Assembly (NCBI RefSeq): GCF_963921235.1
Contig: NC_086108.1
Span: forward strand, 101,310,001-101,374,000
DNA length: 64,000 nucleotides
Direction: 5' to 3'
Origin: Mobula hypostoma
Taxonomy: Eukaryota
Both the position numbers and the translations under genes were made by a program. How positions within the stretch are numbered: position 1 is the stretch's first letter; every line of letters starts with the position of its first letter. Under the pieces are notes generated by a model. It saw only the letters and a program-made list of their open reading frames with translations, was not told the DNA's origin and ran no database searches. Positions 48,648 to 62,554 of the stretch are shown here, piece after piece.

Positions 48648-51600
48648 GCGGCCAGTGAGTGAGTGGGCCAGTGAAGGAGTGGGGCTTTGAGGCTTTGATT
48701 CGAGAGGTTATGATGAGAAGAGGCGGAGGACGAGTTTGTTTCCAGTTAGTCTTTACAATGCGTCCTACGACGGTGATGTGCCTCTCATGTGAGATGTGGC
48801 AGTCTTGGGGGAACTCCCCTCTCCTGCAGAGCCACACCTGCCAGAAGTGCATGAGGCTGGGCGATCTGGAAGACCGTGTAAGGAATCAGGAGCAGCAGCT
48901 GGATGACCTTCGACTCGTAAGGGAGAATGAGGCAGTCATCGATGAGAGCTACAGGGAGGTAGTCACATCTAGGCTGCCGGAAGCAGGTCGTTGGGTGACA
49001 ATCAGAGGGGGGAAAGCGAAGGTGAGTAGAGGGGTAGTGCAGAGCACCCCTGTAGACATTCCAGTGAATAATAAGTATACCGTCCTGGATAACGTTGGCA
49101 GGGATGACTGACCAGGTGTGAGCCACGGTGGCAGGGCCTCCGGCACTGAGTCTGACCCTGTGGTGCAGAAGGGTGGGACAGAGAAGAGGAGAGCTTTCGT
49201 CATTGGACACTCTATAGTCAGGGGAGCAGACAGGAGATTTTGTGGCCGTGAGAAGGACACCCGCATGGTTTGTTGCCACCCGGGTGCCAGGGTCCAGGAT
49301 GTCTCTGACCCGGTGCATGACATACTTTATACTTTATTGTCGCCAAACCATTGGTACTAGAACGTACAATCATCACAGTGATATTTGATTCTGCGCTTCA
49401 CACTCCCTGCATTACAAATATTAAATATTAAAAATATTAAGATTAGTTAAAATTACTACATATTAAAAATCTAAATTATAAATTATAAATAGAAAATAGA
49501 AAAATGGGAAGTAAGTTAGTGCAAAAAAAAACCGAGAGGCAGGTCCGGATATTTGGAGGGTACGGCCCAGATCCGGGTCAGGATCCGTTCAGCAGTCTTA
49601 TCACAGTTGGAAAGAAGCTGTTCCCAAATCTGGCCATACAAGTCTTCAAGCTCCTGAACCTTCTCCCGGAGGGAAGAGGGACGAAAAGTATGTTGGCTGG
49701 GTGGGTCGTGTCCTTGATTATCCTGGCAGCACTGCTCCGACAGCGTGCGGTGTAAAGTGAGTCCACGGACGGAAGATTGATTTGTGTGATGTGCTGCGCC
49801 ACTTTCATGATCTTCTGCAGCTTCTTCCAGTCTTGGACAGGACAACTTCCATATCATGTTGTGATGCACCCTAGAAGAATGCTTTCTACGGTGCATCTAT
49901 AAAAATTAGTGAGGATTTTAGGGGACAGGCCAAATTTCTTTTGTTTTCTCGGGAAGTAAAAGCACTGGTGGGCCTTCTTGGCAGTGAACTCTGCTTGGTT
50001 GGACCAAGTTAGGTCATTTGTGATATTGACCCTGAGGAACTTAAAGCTTTTGACCTGTTCCACTTGCATACCACCGATGTAAATTGGGTCATGCGATCCT
50101 GGTATGAGAGGGAAAGCAACCAGAAGTCGTGATACATGTTGGTACCAATGACATAGGCAGGAAGAGGGATGAGGTCCTGAAGTGTGAGTTTCAGGAACTA
50201 GGCAGAAGACTGCAGAACAGGACCTCAAGGGTGGCGTTCTCAGGATTGCTGTCAGTGCTACATGATAGTGATGGTAAGAATTGGAGGAGATGGCAGTTGA
50301 ATGCGTGGCTGAGGAGTTGGTGCAGGGAGCAGGGTTTTAGATTTTTGGATCATTGAGATCTCTTCTGGGGAAGGTGGGACCTGTACAGATTGGATGGGTT
50401 GTACCTGAACTAGAGGGGGAGCAATATCCTTGCAGGTAAGTTCGTTGGCATGGTTTGGGAGGGTTTGAACTAATTTGCAAGGGGTATGGAAACCGGAGCG
50501 ATAGAGCAGTGAAGGAAGTGCATGGAGTAAAGCCAAATCTAACATATAGAGAGGGATTGAGGAAAGAGAAGCAGAATAATTGGTGTTAAGGTAGTAAGGT
50601 AGAAGGGCTAAAGTGCGTGTACTTCAATGAAAGAAGCATCAGGAACAAAGGTGATGAACTGAGAGCTTGGATACATACATGGAATTATGATGTAGTGGCC
50701 ATTACAGAGACTTGGTTGGCACCAGGGCAGGAATGGATTCTCAATATTCCTGGATTTCAGTGCTTTAAAAGGGATAGAGAGAGGGGGAAATGGGGAGGAG
50801 AGGTGGCATTACTGGTCAGGGATACTATTACGGCTACAGAAAGGGTGGGTAATGTAGCAGGATCATCTTTTGAGTCATTATGGGTGAAAGTCAGGAACAG
50901 GAAGGGAGCAGTTACTCTATTGGGGGTATTCTATAGCAGCAGATTGGGAGGCTGAATTTGGAAAGGTGCAAAAATAACAGGGTTGTTATCATGGGTGACT
51001 TTAACTTCCCTAATATTGATTGGCACCTGATTAGTTCCAAGGGTTTAGACGGGGAAGAGTTTGTTAAGTGTGTCCAGGACAGATTCCTGTCACAGTATGT
51101 TGACAGGCCGACTGGGGCAAGGTCATACTAGATCTAGTATTAGGTAACGAACCAGGTCAGGTCACAGATCTCTCAGTGGGTGAGCATCTGGGGGACAGTG
51201 ACCACTGCTCCCTGGCCTTTAAAATTATAATGGAAAAGGATAGAATCAGAGAGGACAGGAAAGGTTTTAATTGGGGAAGGGCAAATTATGAGGCTATAAG
51301 GCTAGAACTTGCAGGTGTTTATTGGGATGATGTTTTTGCAGGGAAATGTACTGTGGCCATGTGGTCAATGTTTAGGGATCTCTTGCTGGATGTTAGGGAT
51401 AAATTTGTCCCGGTGAGGAAGATAAAGAATGGTAGGGTGAAGGAACCATGGGTGACAAGTGAGGTGGAAAATCTAGTCAGGTGGAAGAAGGCAGCATACA
51501 TGAGGTTTAGGAAACAAGGATCAGATGGGTCTATTGAGGAATATAGGGTAGCAAGAAAGGAGCTTAAGAAGGGGCTGAGAAGAGTAAGAAGGGGGCATGA

Positions 51601-53428
51601 GAAGGCCTTGGCGAGTAGGGTAAAGGAAAACCCCAAGGCATTCTTTAGTTAGGTGAAGAACAAAAGGATGATAGGAGTGAAGGTAGGACCGATTCGAGAT
51701 AAAGGTGGGAAGATGTGCCTGGAGGCTGTGGAAGTGAGAGAGGCCCTCAATGAATACTTCTCTTCGGTATTCACCTGTGAGAGGGAACTTGATGATGGTG
51801 AGGACAATGAGTGAGGTTGACGTTCTGGAGCATGTTGATATTAAGGGAAAGGAGGTGTTGGAGTTGTTAAAATACATTAGGACGGATAAGTCCCTGGGGC
51901 CTGACGGAATATTCCCCAGGCTGCTCCACGAGGCAAGGGAAGAGATTGCTGAACCTCTGGCTAGGATCTTTATGTCCTCGTTTTCCATGGGATTGGAGGG
52001 AGGTGATTGTTGTCCCCTTGTTCAAAAACGGTAGTAGGGATAGTCCGGGTAATTACAGACCTGTGCACCTTAAGTCTGTGGTGGGAAAGCTGTTGGAAAA
52101 GATTCTTAGAGATAAGATCTATGGGCATTTAGAGAATTATGGTCTGATCAGGGACAGTCAGCATGGCTTTGTGAAGGGCAGATCGTGTCTAACAAGCCTT
52201 ATAGAGTTCTTTGAGGAGATGAGCAGGCATGAAGATGAGGGTAGTGCAGTGGATGTGATCTACATGGATTTTAGTAAGGCATTTGTCAAGGTTCCATATG
52301 GTAAGCTTATTCAGAAAGTTAGAAGGCATGGGATCCAGGGACGTTTGTCCAGGTGGATTCAGAATTGGTTTGCCTGCAGAAGACAAAGGGTTGTGGTGGA
52401 GGGAGTACATTCGGATTGGAGGGTTGTGACTAGTGGTGTCCCACAAGGATAGGTTCTGGGACCTCTACTTTTCGTGATTTTTATTAACGACCTGGATGTT
52501 GGGGTAGAAGGGTGGGTTGCAAGTTTGCAAAAGACACAAAGTTTGGTGGTGTTGTAGATAGTGTAGAGGATTATCGAAGATTGCAGAGAAACATTGATAG
52601 GATGCAGAAGTGGGCTGAGAAGTGGCAGATGGAGTTCAACCCAGAGAAGTGTGAGGTGGTACACTTTGGAAGGACAAATTCCAAGGCAGAGAACAAAGTA
52701 AATGGCAGGATACTTGGTAGTGTGGAGGAGCAGAGGGACCTCGGGGTACATGTCCACAGATCCCTGAATGCTGCTTCACAGGTAGATAGGGTAGTTAAGA
52801 AAGCTTATGGGGTGTTACCTTTCATAAGTCGAAGGATAGGGTTTAAGAGTCGCGTGGTAATAATGCAGCTCTATAAAACTCTGGTTAGGCCACACTTGGA
52901 GTACTGTGTCCAGTTCTGGTCGCCTCAATATAGGAAGGATGTGGAAGCATTGGAAAGGGTACAGAAGAGATATACCAATATGCTGCCTGGTTTAGAGAGT
53001 ATGGATTATGATCAGAGATTAAGGGAGCTAGTGCTTTACTCTTTGGAGAGAAGGAGGATGAGAGGAGACATGATAGAGGTACTGTATACAAGATATTAAG
53101 AGGAATAGACAGAGTGGATAGCCAGTGCCTCTTCCCCAGGGCACCACTGCTCAATACAAGAGGACATGGCTTTAAGGTAATGGGTGGGAAGTTCAAGGGG
53201 GATATTAAAGGAAGGTTTTTTCACTCAGAGAGTGGTTGGTGTGTGGAATGCACTGCCTGAGTCAGTGGTGGAGGCAGATACACTAGTGAAATTTAAGATA
53301 CTACTAGACAGGTATATGGAGGAATTTAAGGTTGGGGGTTATATGGGAGGCAGGGTTTGAGGGTCGGCACAACATTGTGGGCCGAAGGGCCTGTACTGTG
53401 CTGTACTATTCTATATTCTATGTTCTAG
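48648..53428 (+). mobile_element. Full-length CR1 LINE, frameshifted
   Basis: ORF1 from ATG 48758: CLSC...CQKC zinc finger, coiled coil, SGNH esterase (IGHSIVRG, HVGTNDI). ORF2 EN (YFNERSIRNK, ITETWL, SDH) and RT (YMDFSKAF, SGVPQG). (TTCTAT)n tail. Confidence 0.92.
49323..50089 (-). mobile_element. Rex1/Babar 3' fragment nested in CR1 ORF1
   Basis: VKSFKFL.VNITNDLTWS...NFYRCTVESIL and HPANILFVPLPSGRRFRSL...NSFFPTVIRLLN. Confidence 0.9.
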
Positions 53429-53786
53429 TACATAAGTTGATCAATTTCAGTATATGTATATTGAATAGATCTTAAAAGAACGCGCCCAAACAGGAATACT
53501 GTGTATTTAAAAAAAGTGAGGTAGTGTCCAATGATTCAATGTCCATTTAGGAATTGGATGGCAGAGGGAAAGAAGCTGTTCCTGAATCGCTGAGTGTGTG
53601 CCTTCAGCATGGACTAGATGGGCTGAAAAGCATTTTTCTGTGCTTTACTTTTCTATCATTCTCTATGACTGTCTCTTATAGTCTTTTGGAACATGTTCCA
53701 CTCCCTGCACAGACATGCTGTAACTTGCATTGTCCCTGAAAAGCACAGGGAGGGTGTAGATGTTGTAGGGTGGAAATCTATTACCA

Positions 53787-54239
53787 CTGTGTTATTAAAG
53801 TGCCCAGGTCACTCGTCTGAGTGCTACTGGTACCATACAACCCAGTACTACCTGCCGCATGGTCGGGTGGCCGGCGACTAAACTGGCTCCCCCACCAGGC
53901 TTGCCTGGTGAGGAGGGTGGCTAGACACCCTGCAGGATGAGAAACAAGACCTATCAAAGGGTGGATGAACCCTCTCGTAGGGTCAACGGCTATCTAGCAA
54001 ACACGTGCTGTGAAGCGTGGAAAAGGCATCCCTTGCATCGAAGCTTGGTCTGGCCATTCACTGCAACAGAACTTCCCCCAGCCGTCTTGGACCCCACCAT
54101 GCCACTGGATCCGGGAGGAGATGTCGAGAGGGTGGGTCTGGACCTGTGCAACCCCCTACTCACCTAAATCCATTCACGCACACGCTGTTCCTTTCTGAGG
54201 AGTGGGGTATCCTAAACCCCACTAACTGACTGAAAGGAA
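53787..54239 (+). mobile_element. Unclassified GC-rich short interspersed element (possibly derived from a LINE 5'UTR)
   Basis: Flanked by ctattacca / ctatcacca (possible TSD). Perfect hairpin caccaggc-tt-gcctggtg at about 53893-53910. No coding motif. Confidence 0.4.
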
Positions 54240-54849
54240 CTATCACCATCCTATGGGATGGATAGCCAGAGAGAGAGGATTTAAGTGTCACACATTTTGT
54301 GCATGCACATTTGTGATTCCTCTTTTCATTCCTGCCTTGCTGCATCCAGTATTGAGACTGCAGTCATACTGCATTAATGATCTTACTGGTAGTTGTGCTT
54401 CATTCAAGTGACTTATCTTCAGTCAGATGTGATACTGTTTGTCCAAGTTTATTTTCAAGCCAAGTAAGAAAGTTACAGTTGCCAGGTTCTGCTTAGTGAA
54501 CACCTCAGTGTCGAACGTGGAACTCTTCAGCTCCTGGTGTGGTGAAGCATATGCTGTATGATCTAGACTATAGGTATAAGAAATCGGTTTGACATAATTG
54601 TGAATATGGCACGGTCTAACCTTGATTCTGAACCAGTCAGAACACAGCTAGTTAAGTCCAGGCAGGGTTTGCTTCAAAAAATTTACATGTTATAGTGATA
54701 GTCTGGTGATTGACATTTCAAATCAGAATCAGAATCAGGTTTGTTAGCAAAAGTCCCGGCTAGGTTCTGCCTAGTCCCATTGACCCGCACCTGGAACATT
54801 GCCCTCCATACATCTCCCAACTATGTAGTTATCCAAACTTTACTTAATA

Positions 54850-56880
54850 AGATCATGAGACAGTAAGACACAGGAGCAGAATTATGCCATTTGGCCCATT
54901 GAATTTGTTCCACTATTTCATCACGGCAGATCCAAATTTCCGTTTCTCCCCAATCTCCTGTCTTCCTTCCATATCCTTTCATGCCCTGACTAATCAAGAA
55001 TCTATCAGCCTCTGCCTTAAGTATACTTGAAGACTTGGCTTCCAGAGCTGCCTATGGCAAAGATTACCATAGACTCATTACTTGCTGGCTGAAGTAATTC
55101 CTCTTCAACTCTGTTCCAAAAAGATGCCCCTCTGTTCTGAGGCTGTGTCCCTGGTTTTAAATGCTTCCACCATTGGAAACAAGCTCTCCACATGCATTCC
55201 ATCAAGTCCATTCACCATTTGGTAAGTTTCAATGATGTAACCCCTCATTCCTCTGAATTCCCATGAATACAGGCCAGGAATCATCAAATGCTCTTCATGT
55301 GACAAGTCATTCAACCTTGGAATCATTTTTGTGAAACTCCTTTGAACCCTCTGCAGTTTCAGTACATCATTTCTATGAAAAGGAACCCAAACTTTCTCAC
55401 AATACTCCAAGTGAGACCCCATCAGTGCTTTATAAAATATTGACATTATATCCCTGCTTTTATATTCTAATCCTCTTGAAATAAATGCTAACATTGAATT
55501 TGCCTTCCTCACCACTGAGTCAACCTGCAAATTAACCTTTAGGGAATTCTGCACAAGGCTCTCAAGTCCCTTTGCACCTCAGATTTTGCATTTTCACTCC
55601 CTTTAGAAAAGAGATAACCCTTTCATTTCTTCTACCTAAGTTCATGACCATACGTTTACTGACACTGTATTCTATCTGCCATTTCTTTGCCCATTCTTTT
55701 GCTCTAAGTCCTTCCATATCCTCTTTACTTCCTCAAAATTACCTGCCCCTACATGTATCTTTATATCAACTGCAAACTTTTTTTTAAAAAAACCATCAAT
55801 TCCATCATCCAAATCATTGACATATAATGTAAAAAGAATCGGTCCTAATACAGACCCCTGTAGAACACCGCTAGTCACCAGCAGCCAGCCAGAAAAGGCT
55901 CCCTTTATTCCTACTCTTTGCCTCCTGCCAATCTACCCATCTCTCAATGCTAGTATCATTCCTGTAATACCATGGGCTCTTATTTTCTTAAGCAGCCTCA
56001 TGTGTTACATCTTTTCAAAGGCCTTCTGAAAATCCAAGTACACATCAATCAATTCTCCCTTGTTTATCCTGCTTGCCATTTCTTCAAAGAATTCCAACTG
56101 ATTTGACAGGGAAGCTTTTTCCTTGGGGAAACTGTGTTGACTATGGACTGTTTTATCATGTGCCTTCAAGTACCCTGAGACCTCATCCTTAATAATTGAC
56201 TCCAACATCTTCCTAACAACTGAGGTCAGACTAACTGGCCTATAATTTCCTTTCTTCTCCCTCTCTCCCTTCTTGAAGAGTAGAATAACATTTGCAATTC
56301 TCCAGTCTTCGAAACCATTCCAGAATCTAGTGATTCTCAAAAGATAATTTTTAATGACTCCACGATCTCTTCTGCTACCTCTTTCTGAATCCAGGGTGTA
56401 CATCATCTGATCTAGGTGACTTATTTACCTGCAGACCTTTCAGTTTTCCAAGAACCTTCTCTCTAGTTAAGGTAACACTTCATGCCCCCTGATATCTTGA
56501 ACTTTCACCGCACTGCTATTGTCTTCCACAGTGAAGACTGATGCAAAATACTTATTCAGTTCATCGGCCATTTCATTGTCCCTTATTACTACCATTCCGC
56601 AATTGTTTTCAAGTGTTCTGAAATCCACTCTCACCTCTCTTTTACACTTTATATATCTGAATAAACTTTTGGTATCATCTTTCTTAATGCCATTTTTAGA
56701 TGCCTGTTGGTTTTTAAAAGCTCTACAATCTTCTAACTCCCACTAGTTTTTGCTCTATTATATGGCTTTTATAGTGGCTTTGACTTCTCTTTTTAGCTAC
56801 GGTTGTGTCATCTTTCCTTTAGAATACTTCTTCCTCTTTGGGATGTATATATCTTGTGCCTTCTGAATTGCTTCCTGAAA
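54850..56880 (-). mobile_element. CR1 ORF2 with 3' end
   Basis: NYRPVSLTSVVRKMLE, YLDFQKAF, SGVLQGSVLGP. Confidence 0.88.
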
Positions 56881-57099
56881 GTAATGTCTTTAATTATGTG
56901 AAATGCGTTGTTTTGTTGTAGCAGTACAATGAAAGGATATAAAATTACAATAAATTACAAAATAAGTAATATAAAAAAGCTCATATTTCAAAGTAAATGT
57001 ATTATTAACGTACATATATAGCACCATATACAACACTGAGATTCATTTTCTGGTGGGCGTATCAATAAATCCAAGAATCATAGTAGAAGATGAATCATA

Positions 57100-57778
57100 G
57101 GAGGAGGAGAAGATGATGGTGCGACGCAACGCGCAGCGGCCTCTCCGGTGAATGATATCTGTTATTTGTCAAGTAGGGTGCCGTGCACAATCCTGATTTG
57201 ATGGAGACAGATGTGAGAGTATGGAGGAACATCTGGAGAAACTTTTGAAATGCCTTCTTCACTGTCACTGCTAATGTGTGATCCAAAATCTCTGGAGGAG
57301 AAAGCCCCGAGTCCTTGGCTTTGCTTGTTGCTCTGCGGCCAGGGCGGGCTTGAAACGCTCTGCAGAGATGGTGTTCGGTGCTCGGTGTCGGAGGGCTGGT
57401 CGGAGGCTTGAAGTTTTCGGACGGACTCAGTCAGCTGTGGTCCGGTGCTTCCAATGCATCGGCAGTTGTCGGCACCTGGAGGTTTATGGCAGGGAGAGTT
57501 TCTCCCTTTTGCCGCCTGCTAACGGGACTATCGGGAGTCGATCAGAACTTTGAGATTTTTTTTTTACCATGCCCATGATCTGCTCTTTATCAAATTATGG
57601 TATTGCTTTGCACTGCTGTAACTATACGTTATAATTATGTGGTCTTGTCAGTGTTAGTCTTTGGTTTGTCCTGTTTTTTTGTGATATCACTCTGGAGGAA
57701 CATTGTATCATTTCTTAATACATACATTTCTAAATGACAATAAACGAGGACTGAGTGTCCCCATAATCTAATCTAATC
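57100..57778 (+). mobile_element. Non-autonomous retroelement with (TAATC)n tail
   Basis: CpG-rich 5' part starting aagatgatggtgcgacgc, AT-rich 3' part with AATAAA and a taatctaatctaatc tail. Inserted within another short repeat. Confidence 0.5.
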
Positions 57779-58710
57779 AATAAAAGACCACACCCAACAG
57801 GATGGAATAACAAATCCTGTTGTTAATTTCTTAATAACAAGGAATAAGGAAAAATCAAGATAGTTTTCATTGGTTCTGAAATCTGAGTACAGAGGGAAAA
57901 TTCTGTTTCTGTATCATTGGGTTTGGGTCTTCAAGCTCTTGTAACCTCCTCCCTGACTGTAGTAATGAGAAGACCGCACGTCCCAGATGGTGAGGGTCCT
58001 TACTGATGGCTGCTGCCTTCTTGAGATGCTGCCTCTTGAAACTATCCTTGATAGTGACCCATAAGACCATAAGATCTTATGGAGCAGGATTTGGCAATTT
58101 GGCCCATTGAGTCTGCTCTGCCTTTTCATCATGGCTGATCCATTTCCCTCTCAGCCCCAATCTCCTGCCTTCTCCCCATAACCTTTCATGCCCTGACTAA
58201 TCCCATCAACATCTGCTTTAAATATACACCGCAACGTAGCCTCATCAGCCAACTGTCACAACAAAGTCTCACTCTCTGACTAAAGAAATTCCACCAATAA
58301 TTGCACCAACTTTTTACTGTATTGATGGAACTCATTTGCTTTGACTTCAATTCAGGCAACCAAACTTAAATATCTTTGCAACACTTGGCCCAGAAAGGTA
58401 AAAATATCACCTTTTCGCACTTTTTCAGAACTTCCTCCTGTAGATGTTTTAAGTAGCTTTTCCAATTACTGGAACATGTTTCAGTCCTTGCAGTTGCTCT
58501 AAAATAATGCACAAAATGGGAATGTTCAGAAATAGTCATTAACACAAGTGTTGACATGAACACAATACTTTTGCTTAATGAGGCCCTTGAGATTGGGTTA
58601 CATTCCGGCCTCTGGCAGACTCTCACACAGCAAGTCTTTACATGATCCCAAGGGAAATGCATTGATCAATTTTAAAACACATAGTACCTTGCACACATTT
58701 TCATTAAAAT

Positions 58711-61700
58711 AACCATATAACAATTACAGCATGGAAACAGGCCATCTCAGCCCTTCTAGTCCGTGCCGAACTCTTACTCTCACCTCCCACCGACCTGCAC
58801 TCAGCCCATAACCCTCCATTCCTTTCCTGTCCTGTCCATATAGATATCCAATTTAACTTTAAATGACAACATCGAACTTGCCCCCACCACTTCTGCTGGA
58901 AGCTCGTTCCACACAGCTACCATTCTCTGAGTAAAAAGCTCCCCCTCAAGTTACCCCTAAACTTTTGCCCTTTAACTCTCAACTCATGTCCTCTTGTTTG
59001 AACCTCCCCAACTCTCATTGGAAAAAGCCTATCCACGTCAACTTTATCTATCCCCCTCATAATTTTAAATACCTCTATCAAGTCCCCCCTCAACCTTCTA
59101 CGCTCCAAAGAATAAAGACCCAACTTGTTTAACCTTTCTCTGTAACTTAGGAGATGAAACCCGGGCAGCATTTTCATAAATCTCCTCTGTACTCTCTCAA
59201 TTTTATTGACATCTTTCCTGTAATTTGGTGACCAGAACTGTACACAATACTCCACATTTGGCCTTACTAATGCCTTGTACAATTTTAACATTACGTCCCA
59301 ACTCCTATACTCAATGCTCTGATTTATAAAGACCAGCATACCAAAAGCCTTCTTCACCACCCTATCCCCATGAGATTCCACCTTCAGGGAACTATGCACC
59401 ATTATTCCTAGATCCCTCTGTTCTACTGCGTTCTTCAATGCCCTACCATTTATCATGTATGTTCCATTTTGATTAGTCCTACCAAAATGTAGCACCTCAC
59501 ACTTATCAGCATTATCCATCTGCCATCTTTCAGCCCACTCTTCTAAGTGGTCTAAGTCTCTCTGCAAGCTTTGAAAACCTACTTCATTATCCACAACTCC
59601 ACCTATCTTAGTATCATTTGCATATTTACCAGTCCAATTTACCACCTCATCATCCAGATCATTAATATATATAACAAACAACATTGGACCCAGTACAGAT
59701 CCCTGAGGCACACCACTAGACACCATCCTCCAATCTGACACACAGTTATCCACCACTACTCTCTGGCATCTCCCATCCAGCCACTGCTGAATCCATTTTA
59801 CTACTTCGATATTAATGCCTAACGATTGAACCTTCCTAACTAACCTTCCGTGTGGAATCTTGTCAAAGGATTTACTGAAGTCCATATAGACAACATCCAC
59901 CGCTTTACCCTCGTCAACTTTCCTAGTAACCTCATCAAAAATTCAATAAGATTTGTCAAACATGACCTTCCACGCACAAATCCATGTTAACTGTTCCTAA
60001 TCAGACCCTGTCTATCCAGACAATTATATATACCATCTCTAAGAATACTTTCCATCAATTTACCCACCACTGACGTCAAACTCACAGGCCGATAATTGCT
60101 AGGTTTACTCTTAGAACACTTTTTAAACAATGGAACAACATGAGCAATACGCCAATCCTCCGGCACCATCCCCGTTTCTAATGACATTTGAAATATTTCT
60201 ATCGGAGCCCCTGCTATTTCTACACTAACTTCCTTCAAGGTCCTAGGGAATATCCTGTCCGGACCCGGAGACTTATCCACTTTTATATTCCTTAAAAGCG
60301 CCAGTACTTCCTCTTCTTTAATCATTATACTTTCCATAACTACCCTTCTTGTTTCCCTTACCTTACACAATTCAATATCCTTCTCCTTAGTGAATACCGA
60401 AGAAAATAATTTTTTTCAAAATCTCCCCCATCTCTTTTGGTTCCACACATAGCCGTCCACTCTGATTCTCTAAGGGACCAATTTTATCCCTCACTATCCT
60501 TATGCTATTTATGTAACTGTTAAAAACCCTTTGGATTTATTTTCACCTTACTTGCCAAAGCAGCCTCATATCTTCTTTTAGCTTTTCTAATTTCTTTCTT
60601 AATATTCTTTTTACATTCTTTATATTCCTTGAGCACCTCATTTACTCCAAGCTGCCTATATTTATTGTAGATCCCTCTCTTTTTCCGAACCAAGTTTCCA
60701 ATATCCCTTGAAAACCATGGCTCTCTCAAACTTTTAACCTTACCTTTCAACCTAACAGGAACATAAAGATCCTGTTCCCTCAAAATTTCACCTTTAAATG
60801 ACATCCATTTCTCTGTTACATCCTTCCCATAAAACAAATTGTCCGAATCCACTCCTTCTAATTCCTTTTGCATCTCCTCAAAGTTAGCCTTTCTCCAATC
60901 AAAAATCTCAACCCTGGGTCCAGTCCTATCCTTCTCGATAATTATATTGAAATGTGCTCCCTAACACATACCTCCGTCAGCTGACCTATCTCATTCCCTA
61001 ACAGGAGATCCAACACTGCCCCTTCTCTAGTTGGTACCTCTATGTATTGCTGCAAAAAACTATCTTGCACACTTTTTACAAACTCCAAACCATCCAGCCC
61101 TTTTACAGAATGGGCTTCCCAGTCTATGTGTGGAAAATTAAATTCTCCCACAATCACAACCTTGTGCTTACTACAAATATCTGCTATCTTCTTACAAATT
61201 TGCTCCTCCAATTCTCGCTCCCCATTAGGTGGTCTATAATACACCCCTATAAGCATCACTATACCTTTCCCATTCCTCAATTCCATCCAAGTAGCCTCCC
61301 TAGACGAGTCCTCTAATCTATCCTGCCAAAGCACTGCTGTTATATCTTCTCTGACAAGCAATGCAACACCTCCCTCTCTTGCCCCTCTGATTCTATCACA
61401 CCTGAAGCAATGAAATCCAGGAATATTTAGTTGCCAATTACACCCCTCCTGCAACCATGTTGCAGCTATTAGTGAAACATCATATTTCCAGGTATCAATC
61501 CATGCTCTAAGCTCATCCACCTTTCTTATAATGCTCCTAGCATTAAAATAGATGCATTTAAGAAACTCTCCACCTCTTACTCTCTGTTTATCCCTAATAG
61601 AGCAAACAACTTTATCTTTTTCTTCCTTCTCCCCTACATCTTCGGTCTGAGTGCTCCCGTTCTCTGTTTTCTGCCTATCCTCCCTCACACACTGTCTACT

Positions 61701-61946
61701 AGCTTTCTCTATTTGTGAACTAACCTCCACTCTCCTGGTCTCTTCAATTTGACTCCCACCCCTCGCCCGAACCATTCTAGTTTAACATCTCCCCAGTAGC
61801 CTTCGCAAATCTCCCCGTCAGGATATTGGTCTCCCTAGGATTCAAGTGCAACCCATCCTTTTTGTACAGGTCATACCTGTGCCAAAAGATGTCCCAATGA
61901 TCCAAAAACTTGAATTCCTGCCCCCTGCTCCAATCCCTCAGCCAAT
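58711..61946 (-). mobile_element. CR1 LINE (ORF1 end + nearly complete ORF2, 3' end)
   Basis: CIYFNARSIIRK, GVYYRPP, KSPGPDRIFPR, 327-aa RT ORF ([27 protein letters not shown]). Confidence 0.93.
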
Positions 61947-62554
61947 GGTAGGGAACGTTTTGTTACAGTGAGAGAAAGCCAACACAGAGTTTAAATAGAT
62001 TCATTGTCTGAAAAGCCAATTGTTCAACTTACAGGAATTCTATTCAACTATAAAAAGTCCTTCAGATTTCACCATTTAATCTTCTGATGGTAAATGTTAA
62101 TCTGCTAAGTGCTCCAAATTCTGATCATTGCAACTGAACAAAACAGTTTACTGAGAATGATCTCTTCAGCACTAAAGTCTGTTCATCAGAATTAACATTT
62201 ATTTATCTGAATTCTCTTCCTCTTCCCCCCGCCAGTATTATTGAATTGAATTGACTTTATTACTTACATCCTTCATATATATGAGGATTAAAAATCTTTA
62301 TGTTACGTCTGCATCTAAATGTGCAATGTGCAATTATAGTAGTAACACAAGATAGTTAAGATAACATAGAAATACAGTTACGTCAGCATGAATTAAGCAA
62401 TTTGATGGCCTGGTGGAAGAAGCTGTCCTGGAGTCTGTTGGCCCCGGATGGTATCAGCTGGAACAGCTTGTGATTGGGGTGACCCAGGTCTCCAAAGATC
62501 CTTCAGGCCCTTTTCTCACACCTGTCTTTGTAAATGTCCTGAATAGTGGGAAGT

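Noticed and set aside
58366..58662. 98-aa ORF in apparently unique sequence
   Set aside because: No recognisable homology or convincing splice signals.
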